A stretch of 27,908 bases of DNA from a candidate division FCPU426 bacterium (GTDB lineage: Bacteria > Oederibacteriota > JAAXVQ01 > JAUVAV01). Positions 25,700 to 27,908 of this stretch are shown piece by piece. Made by a program: the position numbers and the translations under genes. Where the stretch lies: assembly GCA_030637655.1 (NCBI GenBank), contig DAOWGI010000033.1, positions 1 through 27,908 on the forward strand, in the 5' to 3' direction. The notes under the pieces are model-generated. The model was not told the origin of the DNA, made no database searches, and was given only the letters and a program-made list of their open reading frames with translations. Positions within the stretch are counted from its first letter, which is position 1; each line of letters starts with the position of its first letter.

Positions 25700-27908
25700 A
25701 TGAATATATTCAGCAGGCACGCAAATCGACTTATATCCATAATTCTTTCCATTTTATTGATTCTACCCGTCCAATTTGTTTCCAACGTAGGGGCACTATG
25801 CTTGTCCGACATCGCTTTAGCGAAGTCGGATGCCGTGCCCCTACAAAATAATGTCCAACCCCCAACCCAATTCAGGCAACTAGTCATCTATGTACCGGAT
25901 ATATTTGATTCTACCAGGCAGGTGGAAAAAGCCCTGAGCCGTCTGCGCGCCAAAGGCATAGCGAAAAAAGACATTATCAATCTGGCCCAACATGCTGGAT
26001 TTGATGTCCAACAAGGGCTCAAGACGCAGGCCAAACAATTGGCCGGGATAGTGGATCTGGAATCAGCCAAACGCAATGGTTTGAAAGCCTATCTGGTGGC
26101 CAAAGGCACCGGTGGTTTGGTGGTTCGTTCGTATCTGGCCACTGCCAAGAAACTGCGCTCTGTGGGTGCGCCAATTGAAAATGTTGTAGCAGTAGGTGTG
26201 CCGCATCAGGGCCGGCAGTGGGCCAAGCTGGCCTATGCCATAGCTTGGCCTCTGCCAAAAGTCGGCAGCCGCTCATTGGCTGTTCGTGATTTGGCGCCGG
26301 ATTCTCCCTTTATGCGCGAGCTCAATCAGCATAAGCATAAGCGCGAACACTTGCTGGAAGGTGCCAAGGCTGCCTTAAAAAAGATTGATGATTTCACCTT
26401 CAAAAAAGAGCTGAAGACCAAGCTGGCAGCCATAGATCGGGCGAAAACCGGGGTGCGGGATGAAGTGGAACGCATCCTGTATTTCCCTGAGCGCGTACAA
26501 TTAAGCGATAGGGATAAATCGCGTATACGCGAGATGAAAACCATAGGCCAAGAAATCAATAAAATTATAACCGTAGGGGTCGCCCCCCCTGTCCTGAGCG
26601 GAGCCGAAGGACCTGTCGCCCCTTCTCTTGTACTCTTGCAGAAAACGGCCAATAAAATCAAAAAACAGCAGCAAAAAATAGACCAACGCATTCAACAATA
26701 CGCAGGGGCACGGTGCGCCGTGCCCCTACAAAAATCCTTGGCCAAAATCAACGACCTGTCAAAAACCGTCAGTGCGTCAGCTAGCCAAGTGCAGAAACAG
26801 TTGCAGCAAAAGCTGGAGTCTTCGCAGCTCTATAAAATAAAGGTTGCTTGTTCAGCCGGCTTGACAGATCCCAAAACCAATATGCAAAAACATTTAGCAA
26901 AAATAAGTTCGGCTGTGAGCAATCAGGTGCAAGACCCGGAAATAAATAAGCAGATGGATGCGATTGCAGAGTATGTCAAACAAGTTCAACCGGATTTGGA
27001 AAAAGAGTGGCAAAGATTCACACAAAAAGCTGTAACCGAGCAATTAGAATTAAAGCGCACGCAGGAAAAGTTCGTCAGTACAGCCTTTTTGCAGACAGCC
27101 TGGGACACAATGGATCAAAAAAGAAAGCAGTGGCTGGACACTGTCAAACAATACGCGAATAACAAAGCCCAAGCTCTGCTGGAAATACAATTGGAATCCT
27201 ACCAGATGCAATTGCGGGATCAAGTGAAACAAATGGATGTAAAAGTAAGAGACAAACAAGCAGAACTTTTGCAAAAACTGGATTCTGTCACAGAGAAGTT
27301 AAGCGCGCAGGCAGATATTTTGTTTGCCAATAATCACATAGGTGATGTGAAGCAAAAGGTGAAAGAGCAGTTTTGGGAATATAAAAAAGCCAAACAGACT
27401 TTCTTGGCACAAGCCGAAAAAACCAAACGCGAAGTCTCGGACAAAATATTTCGCAACGAGTATTTTGTGTACTTGAAGCAAGCAGACCGCATGGACCAAG
27501 TGCTTATGGAGGCTGTGGACAAAAAGACGCGGCATCTTCAATACGCGCTCCTGGGTTTGGAAAAGGGTCAGGCAACCAAGGAAATGGAGATGTTCGCGCA
27601 AAGTTCGCGTAAACGCCTAAGCCGGGAAATTGAAAAATCAAAAAAACAAATCGTAGGGGCGGGGTTTACCCCCGCCCGCCAAACAACCGCAGGGGCGGGA
27701 TTTGTTGACCCCAAAAATGTAGGGGCAGGGTTCACCCCTGCCCTTAAAGACTGGGAAGTGCTGCAAGATGTCCGTTATTTATATAAACAGGCTGTAGCGC
27801 TAAAAACTACCTTGCCGCAGCAAAGTATTGCCTTGCAAAAAAGCCTGGCTGCCTGTGAGGTAATCGAACACCTGGAAAAATACGGTGATATAGAACAACA
27901 ATTAAAAA
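25700..27908 (+). CDS. Large putative secreted protein (partial, at least 736 codons): degenerate alpha/beta-hydrolase domain plus long coiled-coil region with in-frame REP insertions
   Basis: Manually translated and open from ATG 25700 to the window end; missing from the ORF track. Signal-like MNIFSRHANRLISIILSILLILP; AYLVAKGTGGLVVRSYL, VVAVGVPHQG and VRDLAPDSPFMRELN; then K/Q/E-rich helices. Confidence 0.85.
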   Translation, partial: MNIFSRHANRLISIILSILLILPVQFVSNVGALCLSDIALAKSDAVPLQNNVQPPTQFRQLVIYVPDIFDSTRQVEKALSRLRAKGIAKKDIINLAQHAGFDVQQGLKTQAKQLAGIVDLESAKRNGLKAYLVAKGTGGLVVRSYLATAKKLRSVGAPIENVVAVGVPHQGRQWAKLAYAIAWPLPKVGSRSLAVRDLAPDSPFMRELNQHKHKREHLLEGAKAALKKIDDFTFKKELKTKLAAIDRAKTGVRDEVERILYFPERVQLSDRDKSRIREMKTIGQEINKIITVGVAPPVLSGAEGPVAPSLVLLQKTANKIKKQQQKIDQRIQQYAGARCAVPLQKSLAKINDLSKTVSASASQVQKQLQQKLESSQLYKIKVACSAGLTDPKTNMQKHLAKISSAVSNQVQDPEINKQMDAIAEYVKQVQPDLEKEWQRFTQKAVTEQLELKRTQEKFVSTAFLQTAWDTMDQKRKQWLDTVKQYANNKAQALLEIQLESYQMQLRDQVKQMDVKVRDKQAELLQKLDSVTEKLSAQADILFANNHIGDVKQKVKEQFWEYKKAKQTFLAQAEKTKREVSDKIFRNEYFVYLKQADRMDQVLMEAVDKKTRHLQYALLGLEKGQATKEMEMFAQSSRKRLSREIEKSKKQIVGAGFTPARQTTAGAGFVDPKNVGAGFTPALKDWEVLQDVRYLYKQAVALKTTLPQQSIALQKSLAACEVIEHLEKYGDIEQQLK

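Noticed and set aside
25504-27601. Short minus-strand ORFs listed in the track
   Set aside because: They are antisense shadows of the long open plus-strand frame from 25700 and have no recognisable motifs.

Overview
Bacterial chromosomal window from a probable anaerobic diderm. The PorV-like barrels, PNP-type C-terminal sorting domains and PT linkers suggest an FCB-adjacent or candidate-phylum organism (inference only). The left half holds housekeeping genes: an spmA-spmB-LD-carboxypeptidase operon, rmlC, an FmdB zinc-ribbon gene, a group A3 [FeFe]-hydrogenase cluster (order hydB-hydA-hydC) and class II fba. The right half is a cell-surface locus. It encodes two large beta-helix proteins with T9SS-like C-terminal domains, a PorV-FlgD-OmpA fusion, a second PorV/PorQ protein, a Yip1-like protein, an outer-membrane barrel plus lipoprotein pair, and an orphan MNT antitoxin behind a HEPN toxin remnant. 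A further ORF of at least 736 codons, absent from the ORF track, runs off the right end. The most striking feature is the repeat landscape. There are about 25 GTAG-type REP palindromes, six of them in-frame inside the last ORF. Several REPs carry a second palindrome inserted in their loop. Four MITE-like shells with terminal repeats and 6-, 8- or 15-bp target duplications each enclose a palindromic core, with shells and cores mixed and matched. No transposase, RAYT, cas, tRNA or rRNA gene was recognised.
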